A stretch of 64,000 bases of DNA, taken from positions 10,699 through 74,698 of the forward strand of contig JAJCXZ010000091.1 in the NCBI GenBank assembly GCA_029263175.1. Reading direction: 5' to 3'. Positions 18,510 to 27,902 of this stretch are shown piece after piece; position 1 is the stretch's first letter; every line of letters begins with the position of its first letter. The position numbers and the translations under genes were made by a program. The stretch is from Acidimicrobiales bacterium (GTDB taxonomy: Bacteria; Actinomycetota; Acidimicrobiia; Acidimicrobiales; Aldehydirespiratoraceae). The notes under the pieces are model-generated. The model worked only from the letters and a program-made list of their open reading frames with translations, ran no database searches and was not told the origin of the DNA.

Positions 18510-18563
18510 CCGCCGACACTAGTCAGCGGTTGTGACACGGCCTCCAGTACCGGGCAGTCAGTG

Positions 18564-18833
18564 TCAGGCCGGCCGTTCCAGGACGGGCTCGAGATGGCTG
18601 GGCTCGGTGCCCCTGACGAGAGCGTCGCGGTCGCCGGCCTCGAGGCAGCGATGGAGGCGGTGGATCTGTTCGCTCGCGGTGGTCTTGTGGAATCCCGGCA
18701 AGATCGCGTGAATCAGCGCCGCCGCGGCGGCGCCGGCCAGCTTGCGGGAGATGCCGAAGGCCACCCGACTGTGCTCGCGGTAGGTCTCGCCGGCGGACTC
18801 GGGATGATCAGTCAGGAAACGGGGCAGGGCCAT
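18564..18833 (-). CDS. Small hypothetical protein
   Basis: Track ORF 18564..18902 trimmed to ATG 18833 (MALPRFLTDHPESAGETYREHSRVAFGISRKLAG...). I cannot assign a family with confidence. Confidence 0.5.
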   Translation of the reverse strand: MALPRFLTDHPESAGETYREHSRVAFGISRKLAGAAAAALIHAILPGFHKTTASEQIHRLHRCLEAGDRDALVRGTEPSHLEPVLERPA

Positions 18834-18946
18834 GGAGACCACCGTACGAAATCTGGCGCGCAAGTATCTCGCTGATTTGTGGCAGATCGGTGATGATGGC
18901 AACGGAACGGCCTCCGCTGGAGCGATCTCTGCAATAATCTTCGATT

Positions 18947-19435
18947 GTGGACGAAATCGATCGGGAAATACTGCTTTTGCTCCAGCATGACGCGTCGCTG
19001 ACCGCCAGGGAGCTTGCCGACCATGTTGGGCTCACCCCGACGCCGTGCTGGCGACGGGTTCAGAACCTGGAGAAGGCCGGCATCATCCGCCAACGGGTGG
19101 CGTTGCTCGACCCCCAGAAGCTCGGGCTGACAGTGACCGCAATCGTGCAGATTCGCACCAACGATCACAGCGCCGCATGGCTCGAACGCTTCTCGGCGGC
19201 GCTGGTGGAGCTTCCCGAGATCATGGAAGCGCATCGCACCAGCGGCGAGATCGACTACATGTTGAAGGTCGTTGTGCCCTCGATCGAGGCCTACGACGAC
19301 TTCTACAAGCGCCTGATCTCCATGGTCGATCTGTATGACGTACGAACCGTGTTCGTCATGGAGGAGATGAAGCACACGACGGCGCTTCCTGTTTCGGCCC
19401 GGGCGAGTTCCCCGACACCGCAGCGGGCGGGTTAG
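18947..19435 (+). CDS. Lrp/AsnC family transcriptional regulator
   Basis: The ORF is 162 aa. DEIDREILLLLQHDASLTARELADHVGLTPTPCWRRVQNLEKAGII is followed by a RAM-like C-terminal domain. Confidence 0.9.
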   Translation: MDEIDREILLLLQHDASLTARELADHVGLTPTPCWRRVQNLEKAGIIRQRVALLDPQKLGLTVTAIVQIRTNDHSAAWLERFSAALVELPEIMEAHRTSGEIDYMLKVVVPSIEAYDDFYKRLISMVDLYDVRTVFVMEEMKHTTALPVSARASSPTPQRAG

Positions 19436-19449
19436 GTAGGTTCGCGCCA

Positions 19450-20295
19450 ATGGATTACGAGCTTCGCCAACGGTTCTCGGTCGGCGGCTTCGACCTCGCC
19501 TGGGATGAGTGGGGCTCGGGTCCCAGCGCTCCGCTGGTGCTTCTGCACGGCTTCGGAGGGTCGGTGTTCGACTTCGCCGGCCAGATCGAACCGCTCTCGG
19601 CCTCTCGTCGAGTTCTTGCCATCGAACACCGTGGTCACGGCCGGTCCTCGAAGTCGGGTGACGAGGAGTCGTACACCATCGACCACATCGTCGACGACCT
19701 GGCGGCGTGGCTACCCAACGTGGTCGACGAACCGATTCATCTTCTCGGTCACTCGCTGGGTGGTCGCGTCGCCATGCGCTTCGAGTTCATCCGCCGCGAC
19801 CTGATCCGTTCACTGACGCTCGCCGACACCACCGCGTGGGAGTTCGGCAAACCCGACCGGGTCGCCCATCAGATGATGCTGGCGTTCTTGCGGTCGATCC
19901 GACCTGATACTCCGATGGGGGCGCAGGAGTCGGACGAAACTCCGCTGGTCCTGGCGGCCAACTCGCCCGAAATGCTGGCCCGGCGTCGAGAAGTCAACGA
20001 TTCGCTCGATCCGATGGCATGCAGGGCGCTGGGGTTGGCGTTGTTCGACAACGGGCTCCAGCCCATCGACCATCTGCTCGGAGACATCGATGCGCCCGTG
20101 TTGGTAATCGCCGGCGAACACGATCACCCCTACGTCGATCACGCCGCTGATCTCGCTGGTGCCGTCTCCGACGGCTCGGTGATGACCATCGCCGGCGCGT
20201 ACCATTCGCCCCACCTGACCCACGGCTCCGAGTGGCGGACCGCGGTCCTCGCTCACCTCGACATGGCGGACCGAGGCGACGGTGTTCGGCCCTGA
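19450..20295 (+). CDS. Alpha/beta-fold hydrolase
   Basis: The ORF is 281 aa with HGFGGS and the nucleophile elbow GHSLGG, plus a C-terminal H in GAYHSPHL. Confidence 0.85.
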   Translation: MDYELRQRFSVGGFDLAWDEWGSGPSAPLVLLHGFGGSVFDFAGQIEPLSASRRVLAIEHRGHGRSSKSGDEESYTIDHIVDDLAAWLPNVVDEPIHLLGHSLGGRVAMRFEFIRRDLIRSLTLADTTAWEFGKPDRVAHQMMLAFLRSIRPDTPMGAQESDETPLVLAANSPEMLARRREVNDSLDPMACRALGLALFDNGLQPIDHLLGDIDAPVLVIAGEHDHPYVDHAADLAGAVSDGSVMTIAGAYHSPHLTHGSEWRTAVLAHLDMADRGDGVRP

Positions 20296-20296
20296 C

Positions 20297-20329
20297 AAGA
20301 CACCCTGGGGACAGACCCCAGCGTGACTT
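20297..20329. repeat. 33-nt palindromic REP-like element, copy 2 (loop inverted, arms imperfect)
   Basis: AAGACACCCTGGGG-ACAGA-CCCCAGCGTGACTT. It lies between the convergent stops at 20295 and 20342. Confidence 0.75.
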
Positions 20330-20341
20330 GCTTGTCGCATC

Positions 20342-20872
20342 TCAGCGCCGACGGCGTAGTCGACTGATCAGACCCAGGCCGATGACCGCCGGTGCGGCGA
20401 CCACAACCGGAAGTACACCTTCCGGGTTGATCGAGCGTTGCTCATTGACCACGAGGGCGATCCCGTCGGAGGTCCAGATGTCGGTTCCAGGTGCTTCTGG
20501 CAGGACGACGACATAGGCGCGGAAATCGCCGCCGCTGATCGGTTTCACGTCCCAACTGATGGTGCGGACGGCGCCGGGGGCGAGCGTGCCGATCTGGCGG
20601 GTGAGTGTCGACGACCAGTCCTCCGGATCGACTGAACCCACCCCGGTCGGGTCGGTGATGTCGAGGTGGACGGCGAGCGCGGACGTCTCCGTATCGCCGG
20701 TGTTGGTGACAACGATCTCGAGCGTGAAGTCGCCGCCGACTTCGACGGCCGATGTGGATGGTGTCACATCGATCGTGACGTGCCCGTCGGTGGTAGCGGC
20801 CAAGGGCTGAGCGAGCGCAAGCAGAAGAACGGCGGCCGCCACGAGGACAAAGCGAACGGAGCGGCGGATCAT
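20342..20872 (-). CDS. Secreted, C-terminally anchored beta-rich protein encoded in the ABC-2 operon
   Basis: Track ORF 20342..21304 trimmed to ATG 20872, which makes an ATGA overlap with the upstream permease. It has the signal peptide MIRRSVRFVLVAAAVLLLALAQPLAA and a C-terminal TM helix plus RLRRRR. Confidence 0.7.
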   Translation of the reverse strand: MIRRSVRFVLVAAAVLLLALAQPLAATTDGHVTIDVTPSTSAVEVGGDFTLEIVVTNTGDTETSALAVHLDITDPTGVGSVDPEDWSSTLTRQIGTLAPGAVRTISWDVKPISGGDFRAYVVVLPEAPGTDIWTSDGIALVVNEQRSINPEGVLPVVVAAPAVIGLGLISRLRRRR

Positions 20873-21657
20873 CGGGAGTCTCCGAGTTCGAGGCGAGAGG
20901 ACATTCGGATGGCGAGGGCAGTGAGGAGCACGGCAGCGATCGCCGGTGAGACGAGCAGGGTCCACTCCGACGACCAGCCGGTTTGCTTGACGAGTACCTG
21001 GTTGGTCAGACGGAGGCCAGCCGCGACCGGGTTGGCCTTGATGAGGACCGATCCGACGGCACCCTTCGCGGTGATCGAGGGAAGTTGGCTTGGGGCGGCC
21101 AGCACCAGCAGCAAACCGACCGACGCGGCAAGGCTGGTGCGGTTTGACATTGATACCGCGCTGACGGCCAACCCGAGCGCGGTGAGTGCCGCGGCGACCA
21201 ACGAGCCGGCAACCACGATGACGAGCACCGCGTCGAGAACGACACCGGGACCGTCCGCCATGACGGCGAGGTACGGCAGCGAGACAAGGAGAGCGGCGAC
21301 CCACATTGTCGTGGCGGCGAGGAGCTTGCCGAGAACGAGGTCGCGGCGCGGGAGCGGTGTGACGAGGATCATCTCGAGTGTTCCGCGTTCTCGTTCACCG
21401 GAGATCGCGTCGGCCGACACCACGAGTGCGGCGAGTGTGCCGAGCCCGATGGCGGCCTGCCCGACGATTCCGACCGACTCGCGGGCGTCGAGCAGATTGA
21501 GGTCGGCGTCGCTGGCAGCGGCGTACGCCATCACGCTGAGGAGCAGCGTGTAGGCGAAGAGAACCGAGAGGCCCTTGGCACTCAGCCACAGGTCGCGCAG
21601 TTCCTGGCCGGCTACGAGGCGCCACGAACCGGATGCGGGAAGCGTTTCGCTGGTCAT
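20869..21657 (-). CDS. ABC-2 type transporter permease
   Basis: The ORF is 262 aa and multi-TM. It overlaps both the ATPase gene and the downstream gene by 4 nt. Confidence 0.8.
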   Translation of the reverse strand: MTSETLPASGSWRLVAGQELRDLWLSAKGLSVLFAYTLLLSVMAYAAASDADLNLLDARESVGIVGQAAIGLGTLAALVVSADAISGERERGTLEMILVTPLPRRDLVLGKLLAATTMWVAALLVSLPYLAVMADGPGVVLDAVLVIVVAGSLVAAALTALGLAVSAVSMSNRTSLAASVGLLLVLAAPSQLPSITAKGAVGSVLIKANPVAAGLRLTNQVLVKQTGWSSEWTLLVSPAIAAVLLTALAIRMSSRLELGDSR

Positions 21658-22661
21658 GTCGTGATAACCCCTGGGTCCTTGGTGGTGAGTTGGAGGAAGG
21701 CGTCGCTCAGGCGAGCCCCCCGAGCCTCCAGGGCGATGAACGGCAGCCGATGAGAGCCGAGGACTTCGGCGACGTCGATGATCGAGGTCTGCCCCGGTCG
21801 GAGGTCGATGTCCACCCGGCTCGGTAGGGCCGGCGAGATGACGGCACGGAGATCGGGATGCTCGTTGAGTGTGGCCAATACCCGGCTCGTGTCGCGAGGA
21901 TCGATGTCGAGGCGAGCGCCGGCGATCACGCTCGCACTGCTCACCACTTCTGCAACGGTGCCGCTGGTGACGAGCTTGCCGTCATCCATGATCGCCACAC
22001 GATCGCAAACCCTTTCGACCTCGTCGAGCAGATGGCTGCACAACACAACGGCGGTGCCGTTGGCGGCGGCGGTCGCACGAAGCCGATCGAGGATCTCTTG
22101 TTTGCCTGCGGGGTCGAGTCCGAGGGTGGGCTCGTCGAGGAACACCACTCTTGGTTCGTTGACCAGCGCGCGAGCGATTCCCAGCCGCTGCCGCATCCCG
22201 CGACTGAACGTGCGGATCAGGTCGGCCCCGTGGTCGGCCAGCCCGACGTCGTTCAACAGAACCTCGGCTCGTTCGGATGCGGCCCGCTTGTCGGCGCCGA
22301 ACAACCGGCCATGGAAGATGAGGTGTTCGATCGCTCGTTGTGTTCCCGGATATCCCGTGCTCTCGGGCAGGACCCCGATGTTGGCTCGCACCGCGGTGGG
22401 ATCGGTCAACGGACTGCCGCCGATGACGGCTGTACCGCTATCGGCTTCAAGGATCGTGGTGAGCGCCCGAATGGCCGACGTCTTGCCTGCTCCGTTGGGC
22501 CCCAGCAGACCGTAGACCTCGCCGGGTTCGACCCCGAACGAGAGCCGATCTACGGCTGTCTTGGCGCCGTATCGCACCGTCAGATTTTCGCATCTCAGTA
22601 GCACGTCGCCCACCCTGCGCCCAGGCGCCTGACAGCCTCCTGACTCGCTCGACCGGCTCAT
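21654..22661 (-). CDS. ABC transporter ATP-binding protein (ABC-2 exporter type, with C-terminal extension)
   Basis: The ORF is 335 aa with GPNGAGKTS, FSRGMRQRLGIA and VVFLDEPTLGLD. An alternative GTG start at 22604 is possible. Confidence 0.85.
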   Translation of the reverse strand: MSRSSESGGCQAPGRRVGDVLLRCENLTVRYGAKTAVDRLSFGVEPGEVYGLLGPNGAGKTSAIRALTTILEADSGTAVIGGSPLTDPTAVRANIGVLPESTGYPGTQRAIEHLIFHGRLFGADKRAASERAEVLLNDVGLADHGADLIRTFSRGMRQRLGIARALVNEPRVVFLDEPTLGLDPAGKQEILDRLRATAAANGTAVVLCSHLLDEVERVCDRVAIMDDGKLVTSGTVAEVVSSASVIAGARLDIDPRDTSRVLATLNEHPDLRAVISPALPSRVDIDLRPGQTSIIDVAEVLGSHRLPFIALEARGARLSDAFLQLTTKDPGVITT

Positions 22662-22700
22662 TCAGCGGGGGTTCAGGAAGGCGGGCCACACTGGTGTGAC

Positions 22701-23396
22701 GTGAAACTCCTGATGGTTGAGGACGACGAGAAGATTGCCGCCGCGGTCAAGCGCGGGCTCGAGGCCGAGGGATTCTCGGTTGAGGTCGCGGGAGACGGCG
22801 TCGATGGGCTGTGGCGCGCTACGGAGGGTTCCTACGACCTGATCCTGTTGGACATCATGTTGCCGGGCCGCAACGGTTATCAGATCTGCGCCGACATTCG
22901 TGCCGCCGGGGACTGGACCCCGATCCTCATGCTGACGGCGAAGGACGGTGATCTCGACGAGGCCGAGGCGCTCGACACCGGGGCTGACGACTACCTGGTG
23001 AAGCCGTTCAGCTTTCCCGTCTTGGTGTCGCGGATCCGGGCCTTGCTCCGTAGGACCGCCGGGCGAGAAGTGGTGGCCGGCGCAGTCGACGATCTGCAAA
23101 TCGACGCCGTGGCGCGACGAGTTTGGCGAGACGGGACGGAGATCGAACTCACGACGCGGGAGTTCGATGTCCTCGAGTACTTTGTGCGTCGCCCTGAAGA
23201 AGTGTTGTCCAAGCAGCAGATCCTCGCTGGTGTGTGGGCCGATGACTTCGAGGGCGACCCGAACATCGTCGAGGTCTACGTCGGCCGGATCCGTCGCAAG
23301 ATCGATGCGCCGTTCGGTCGGCTGTCACTCGAGACGGTGCGCGGGGCCGGCTACCGCCTGAGTGCTGCCATGGACGGCGCGGGGCCGCATGGCTGA
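22701..23396 (+). CDS. OmpR/PhoB-family response regulator
   Basis: The ORF is 231 aa with MKLLMVEDDEKIA and the phospho-acceptor context DLILLDIMLPG. The C-terminal winged helix reads LTTREFDVLEYFVRRPEEVLSKQQIL. Confidence 0.95.
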   Translation: MKLLMVEDDEKIAAAVKRGLEAEGFSVEVAGDGVDGLWRATEGSYDLILLDIMLPGRNGYQICADIRAAGDWTPILMLTAKDGDLDEAEALDTGADDYLVKPFSFPVLVSRIRALLRRTAGREVVAGAVDDLQIDAVARRVWRDGTEIELTTREFDVLEYFVRRPEEVLSKQQILAGVWADDFEGDPNIVEVYVGRIRRKIDAPFGRLSLETVRGAGYRLSAAMDGAGPHG

Positions 23397-24726
23397 CCGG
23401 TCGTGGTGGCGGCGGCGTTCGGTACGAGCCCGGGTCACGTCGATTGCTGGAGTGGCGTTCGCATTCGTCCTTGCGCTGGCATCGGTGGCCCTGGTTGTCG
23501 CGCTTCGCGAGCTGCGCATCGACGGCGTCGACACCAATCTCCGCATCCGCGCCGACGACCTGCAGTCGCTGGTGGAATCCGAACCACAGTTGGAGGCGGC
23601 CGCCCTGGCGTCGGTCCGCGACACGGTGGCGCAGATCGTGGGCCCGGGCGGTGAGGTGATCGCAGCCACCCACGCAAGCATCAGCAGCGTGCGCTTGGCG
23701 CCGAATCCAGAGAACGAGCACACCTTCACCAGCACCGACATCATCGTCGACGACGATGTCTTCCGGGTCTACAGCCGTGCTCTCTCCGACGGCGGCGTGA
23801 TCCATGTTGCGCAGAGCATCGACGACGTCAACGAGGCGCAGGCGATCCTGATCGGCGTGCTTGTCGTCTCGGTTCCGGTGGTGACGGCGATTCTCGCCGC
23901 CGGCGTTTGGATACTGGTCGGCCGCACCCTCGACCCTGTCGAACAGATGCGTGCTGAAGTGGCGTCCATCGGTGCCGATCGACTCGATCGCCGTGTGCCC
24001 GTGCCCGTCGGCGACGATGAGATTTCGCGCCTTGCTCGCACCATGAACGAGATGTTGGCCAGGGTGGAAGATGCGCACCGCCGCCAACTGGACTTCACGG
24101 CTGATGCGAGCCATGAGCTTCGCAGCCCGCTCACCCGCATTCGTTCTGAGCTCGAGGTCGATCTCGCGCACCCCGATGGGGCCGACCCCACTGCCACCCA
24201 TGAGAGTGTGCTCGAAGAGGTGGGGATCCTGCAGCGAACCATCGACGGCCTGCTGCTCCTGGCGCGAGGGGAGTCATCGTCGGTCGGCGTTCCGGTTGAT
24301 CTCGATGACATCGTGCTTCGCGAGGTCGGTGCGCTTCGCGCCCAGGCGGCGATCGGGTTTGACGTGCGGGGAGTTGGGGCGGCGCAGGTGATCGGTGACG
24401 AACTGGCTCTCACCCGGCTGATCCGAAACCTGCTCGACAATGCCGCTCGCCACGCGGATCAGACGGTGCGCGTTGAAGTGCGAACCGGCGAGGCTGAGTC
24501 CGTGGCGTTCGTGGTCGTGGCCGATGATGGCCCCGGCGTGGCGCTCGAGGACAGCGAACGTATCTTCGAACGATTTGTTCGCCTCGACGAGGCGCGCCAA
24601 CGAGGCGGCGCCGGGTTGGGGCTCGCCATCGCCCGGTCTGTGGCCGAAGGCCACGGCGGCACGGTCGTATTGCGGCCGGGCAGTCCCCCTGGAGCGACGT
24701 TCGAGGTCCGTCTCCCGGTCCGCTGA
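23389..24726 (+). CDS. Sensor histidine kinase (2 TM, HAMP, HisKA, HATPase_c)
   Basis: Track ORF 23362..24726 trimmed to ATG 23389, which overlaps the RR stop. It has the H-box FTADASHELRSPLT, the N-box LIRNLLDNAARH and the G-box DDGPGV...GGAGLGLAIA. Confidence 0.9.
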   Translation: MADRSWWRRRSVRARVTSIAGVAFAFVLALASVALVVALRELRIDGVDTNLRIRADDLQSLVESEPQLEAAALASVRDTVAQIVGPGGEVIAATHASISSVRLAPNPENEHTFTSTDIIVDDDVFRVYSRALSDGGVIHVAQSIDDVNEAQAILIGVLVVSVPVVTAILAAGVWILVGRTLDPVEQMRAEVASIGADRLDRRVPVPVGDDEISRLARTMNEMLARVEDAHRRQLDFTADASHELRSPLTRIRSELEVDLAHPDGADPTATHESVLEEVGILQRTIDGLLLLARGESSSVGVPVDLDDIVLREVGALRAQAAIGFDVRGVGAAQVIGDELALTRLIRNLLDNAARHADQTVRVEVRTGEAESVAFVVVADDGPGVALEDSERIFERFVRLDEARQRGGAGLGLAIARSVAEGHGGTVVLRPGSPPGATFEVRLPVR

Positions 24727-24739
24727 AGCGGCGATCCCA

Positions 24740-25936
24740 TCAGGTTCCGCTGCGCAGGGAATCGACGGGCTCCATGGATGCGGCTCGGAGTGCCGGGTAG
24801 AGGCCGGCGACCAGCCCGGTCACGGCGCCGACGAGTGGCGCAAGCAGGGGAAGCTCGGGGTCGAGAACCGGGGTCCACTGCTGTGCGGCGGCGACGCCGA
24901 CAACCACGAGGGTGCCGAGGCTTGCGCCGATGACACCGCCCACGGTGCCCATCGTGGCGCTCTCGGCCAGGAACTGCACGGCGATATGGCGGCGATGCGC
25001 ACCAAGTGCACGGCGGAGGCCGATCTCGCCCGTTCGTTCCATCACCGAGACAAGCGTGACGTTGGCAATCCCGATCGCGCCGACGAGGAGAGAAATCCCG
25101 CCGAGGAACAGGAACAGGAGTTCGAGATCACTCTCGACGTTGTCGCGGACCCTGCGCTGCTCCGCTGGTGCCGCGACCTTGATGACGTGTGCAGCATCTG
25201 GGCGCACTGCCAATGGCGCCATCTGAGCGATGAGCTGCGTGGCGCCGATATCGGTCTCCACGAGCAACAGCTCAGGCGAGGCGAGTCGATAGTCCGCCGC
25301 GGCGGTGCCCTCCGGGATCATCACCGAGGCCAGGAGTTCGTGTTGACGGGTGACGTCCTCGACGATCCCGATCACGGAGAACACATCGTCGCCGATGGCG
25401 AGAGCCGGCTGGTTCGAGACGGTCGCTATCCCCAGGCGGGCGGCGGCGGTCCGCCCCAGGACCACGACGCGGTCGCCACGAGCGCTGTGGCCCTCATCGA
25501 ACAGGCGCCCGTTCGCGACATCGGCGTGGATCGCCTCGAACAGTCCGGGCGATACCGCCTGTACGGCGAGCCGAAACTCGGTCTGGCGAATCGGATCACG
25601 AACGGGAGCGGTCCGGATGAGCGCGTCTCCGGTGTCGACGGCGGTGGTGTTCCCCGCCGCGGCGACACCCTCGAGCCTGCGAATCAAGGAGGGTCCGTTC
25701 CACGGGAGCGCAGGATCGATTTCGCCCAGCGCCTGAGGACGCGACGTGAGCTGGATTTCGGTGGCGGCAACCTCGTCGAAGCGGCCGACGATGCGATTGC
25801 TGGCCGTGCGTGAGAGGCCGAGCGTTGCGACAAGCGCCCCGAGACCGATCACGGTGCCGAGGATGGTGAGCGCTGTTCGCCCCGGTCGGGTGACAAGGCC
25901 GGCCAGCGACTCGTCGAGCAGATCACCGGCGCGCAT
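24740..25936 (-). CDS. MacB/FtsX-type ABC transporter permease
   Basis: The ORF is 398 aa. An N-terminal TM helix is followed by a large extracytoplasmic domain and a C-terminal FtsX-like three-TM bundle. Confidence 0.85.
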   Translation of the reverse strand: MRAGDLLDESLAGLVTRPGRTALTILGTVIGLGALVATLGLSRTASNRIVGRFDEVAATEIQLTSRPQALGEIDPALPWNGPSLIRRLEGVAAAGNTTAVDTGDALIRTAPVRDPIRQTEFRLAVQAVSPGLFEAIHADVANGRLFDEGHSARGDRVVVLGRTAAARLGIATVSNQPALAIGDDVFSVIGIVEDVTRQHELLASVMIPEGTAAADYRLASPELLLVETDIGATQLIAQMAPLAVRPDAAHVIKVAAPAEQRRVRDNVESDLELLFLFLGGISLLVGAIGIANVTLVSVMERTGEIGLRRALGAHRRHIAVQFLAESATMGTVGGVIGASLGTLVVVGVAAAQQWTPVLDPELPLLAPLVGAVTGLVAGLYPALRAASMEPVDSLRSGT

Positions 25937-26625
25937 CAGCAGACCTCGGCGAGCGTGCCGTCGACCATTGTCACTTGTCGTTGCGCGGCCCGAGCGACCG
26001 TCTCGCTGTGAGTGATCATCACAATCGTGATGCCCGAAGCGTGCAGGTCGGCCAGTAGCTGCATGATCGATCCGGTGGTGACGGAGTCGAGATTGCCCGT
26101 GGGTTCGTCGGCCAGGAGCACATGTGGTCGACCGAGCAGTGCGCGGGCGACCGCGACGCGCTGGCGCTCGCCGCCCGACAGCCGGGTCGGGAGATAGTCG
26201 ACGCGGCCGCCGAGACCCACCCGTTGGAGTTCCTCGGCGGCTCGCTCCCGGCGGCCGCGTCTCGGCTCACCTCGGTAGACCTCGGCCAGCATCACGTTCT
26301 CCAACACCGTTCGGTGGGCGAGGAGGTGAAAAGACTGGAAGACGAAACCGAGTTCGCGGGCACGAATGTTGGCCCGGTCGCCGTCGTCGAGCTGCCCCAC
26401 ATCTTGACCGCGTAGCTCGAGTCGCCCCGCGGTCGGCCGATCGAGGCAGCCGATCACGTTGAGCAACGTCGACTTTCCCGAGCCGGAGGGTCCCACAATG
26501 GCGAGCCACTCTCCAGCCCCGATGCTGAGATCAACCCCTCGAAGGGCGTGGATCGGAGGGTCCTCGCCGAACGTACGCCACACGTCGGTGAGCTGCACTT
26601 CAGTTGTTGTAGGGATTGCGATCAC
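25936..26625 (-). CDS. MacB/LolD-type ABC transporter ATP-binding protein
   Basis: The ORF is 229 aa with GPSGSGKST, LSGGERQRVAVARAL and LLADEPTGNLD. Confidence 0.9.
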   Translation of the reverse strand: MIAIPTTTEVQLTDVWRTFGEDPPIHALRGVDLSIGAGEWLAIVGPSGSGKSTLLNVIGCLDRPTAGRLELRGQDVGQLDDGDRANIRARELGFVFQSFHLLAHRTVLENVMLAEVYRGEPRRGRRERAAEELQRVGLGGRVDYLPTRLSGGERQRVAVARALLGRPHVLLADEPTGNLDSVTTGSIMQLLADLHASGITIVMITHSETVARAAQRQVTMVDGTLAEVC

Positions 26626-27785
26626 GATGCCTCGAATCCGACAACGACCTCGTCGCCGACGGCGAGTAGAGGCGTGCTTTCGACGACTTCGACCCAGCCC
26701 TGAGCGGAAAGACCGGGAACGATCACGATCACCTCGGCGCCTGTCGGCGTGGATCGCTCCACCCGGGCTGACCCGTCGCTGCCGAGCGAGAGGGCGCCCA
26801 CGGGCACGGCGAGGACCGATTCGGTTGTCCGCTCGATCGGCACGGTGATGCGGACCGATGCGTTGATCAGGTTGGTCGGAGCGTCGTCGACGGCGATCTC
26901 GACGTAGACATGGAACCCGTCAACACCGTTCGTTCCCGGATTGGAAGCAACGCTGGAGATCACCCCGGCGGCCGAGATCCCGAGGTCGGGCTCGTCGATG
27001 ACCACAGTCATTCCGGCAGCCAGGAGCCCGGCCTCCTCGACGGGCACGCTCGTGTCGATTGAGACGGTGGCATCCGTGACCGTCATCAGCTCTCCGTCCA
27101 CCGGGCTTCCAACGGGAGTGGCCATCTCGGCGATGCGGAGGGGGAGCTGGGCCACGAAGACGATCTCGTCGACGGGAACCTGAACACCAGCGCCGGCGCT
27201 GGATCCGAGGAGGGCAGCGGCCGCGGGAGGGCGGCGCTCGGCGAGGGTGTCGTCATCGGCGGTCCAGGGCGCGAAGCCCCTGCTGCGGTAGAGGTCGGTG
27301 ACTCCGGCCTCGGTCAAGGCGTCGAATATCCCGTCGATCGGCCCGGGATCGTGGCCAAGACGGCTCAGCGCTGCCTCCAGCTGGGCCACGTCGGCGCCTG
27401 ACATCCCCGGTCCGAGGTCACGATGGTTCGGAACCGCTCCGGCCAGGATCAGGACGGGCCGCCCTGACAGTGTGGCGAGTACATCACCTTCACCGATCGG
27501 AAGCGACGGGTCGGCGATCGATGTGACGATCCGAATCGTGTCCTTGAGTCCGCTCTCGGGCGGGATCAGCGTCTGCGGCGCGCCGAACCGTCCGGTCCCC
27601 CTGGTCACGACGTTGGTGGAAAGATCACGCTGCTCGACGGACGCGCTGATCGTGCTGGGTTCCGGCGCGGCGCTCCGCGCCGCCTCCTCGGCCGGTGTGC
27701 TGACAGTCGCTCCCAGCCCATACCCGCCGACTCCGACGCCAACAACGGCAACCAGTGCCGCAACGACTTTGGTACCTCTTCTCAT
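26622..27785 (-). CDS. Periplasmic adaptor (HlyD/MFP-like) with peptidoglycan-binding domain
   Basis: The ORF is 387 aa with an N-terminal TM helix. It has the PG_binding_1-like motif GMSGADVAQLEAALSRLGHDPGPIDGIFDALTEAGV and a beta-rich C-terminus. It overlaps the ATPase gene by 4 nt. Confidence 0.75.
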   Translation of the reverse strand: MRRGTKVVAALVAVVGVGVGGYGLGATVSTPAEEAARSAAPEPSTISASVEQRDLSTNVVTRGTGRFGAPQTLIPPESGLKDTIRIVTSIADPSLPIGEGDVLATLSGRPVLILAGAVPNHRDLGPGMSGADVAQLEAALSRLGHDPGPIDGIFDALTEAGVTDLYRSRGFAPWTADDDTLAERRPPAAAALLGSSAGAGVQVPVDEIVFVAQLPLRIAEMATPVGSPVDGELMTVTDATVSIDTSVPVEEAGLLAAGMTVVIDEPDLGISAAGVISSVASNPGTNGVDGFHVYVEIAVDDAPTNLINASVRITVPIERTTESVLAVPVGALSLGSDGSARVERSTPTGAEVIVIVPGLSAQGWVEVVESTPLLAVGDEVVVGFEAS

Positions 27786-27902
27786 GTTGCGATGATCCGC
27801 ACTTCGCCTGACGCCCTGCTGAACGACCTGCCGACAATGTCAGGACCGGTTCAGGCGCCCTTCGGTACTCCAACAGGAGACATCGATCAGGAGTAGACGC
27901 CA

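Noticed and set aside
24440-25813. 457-aa plus-strand ORF
   Set aside because: It is antisense to the MacB/FtsX permease, and its start lies within the HK gene region in another frame. It has no recognisable domain.
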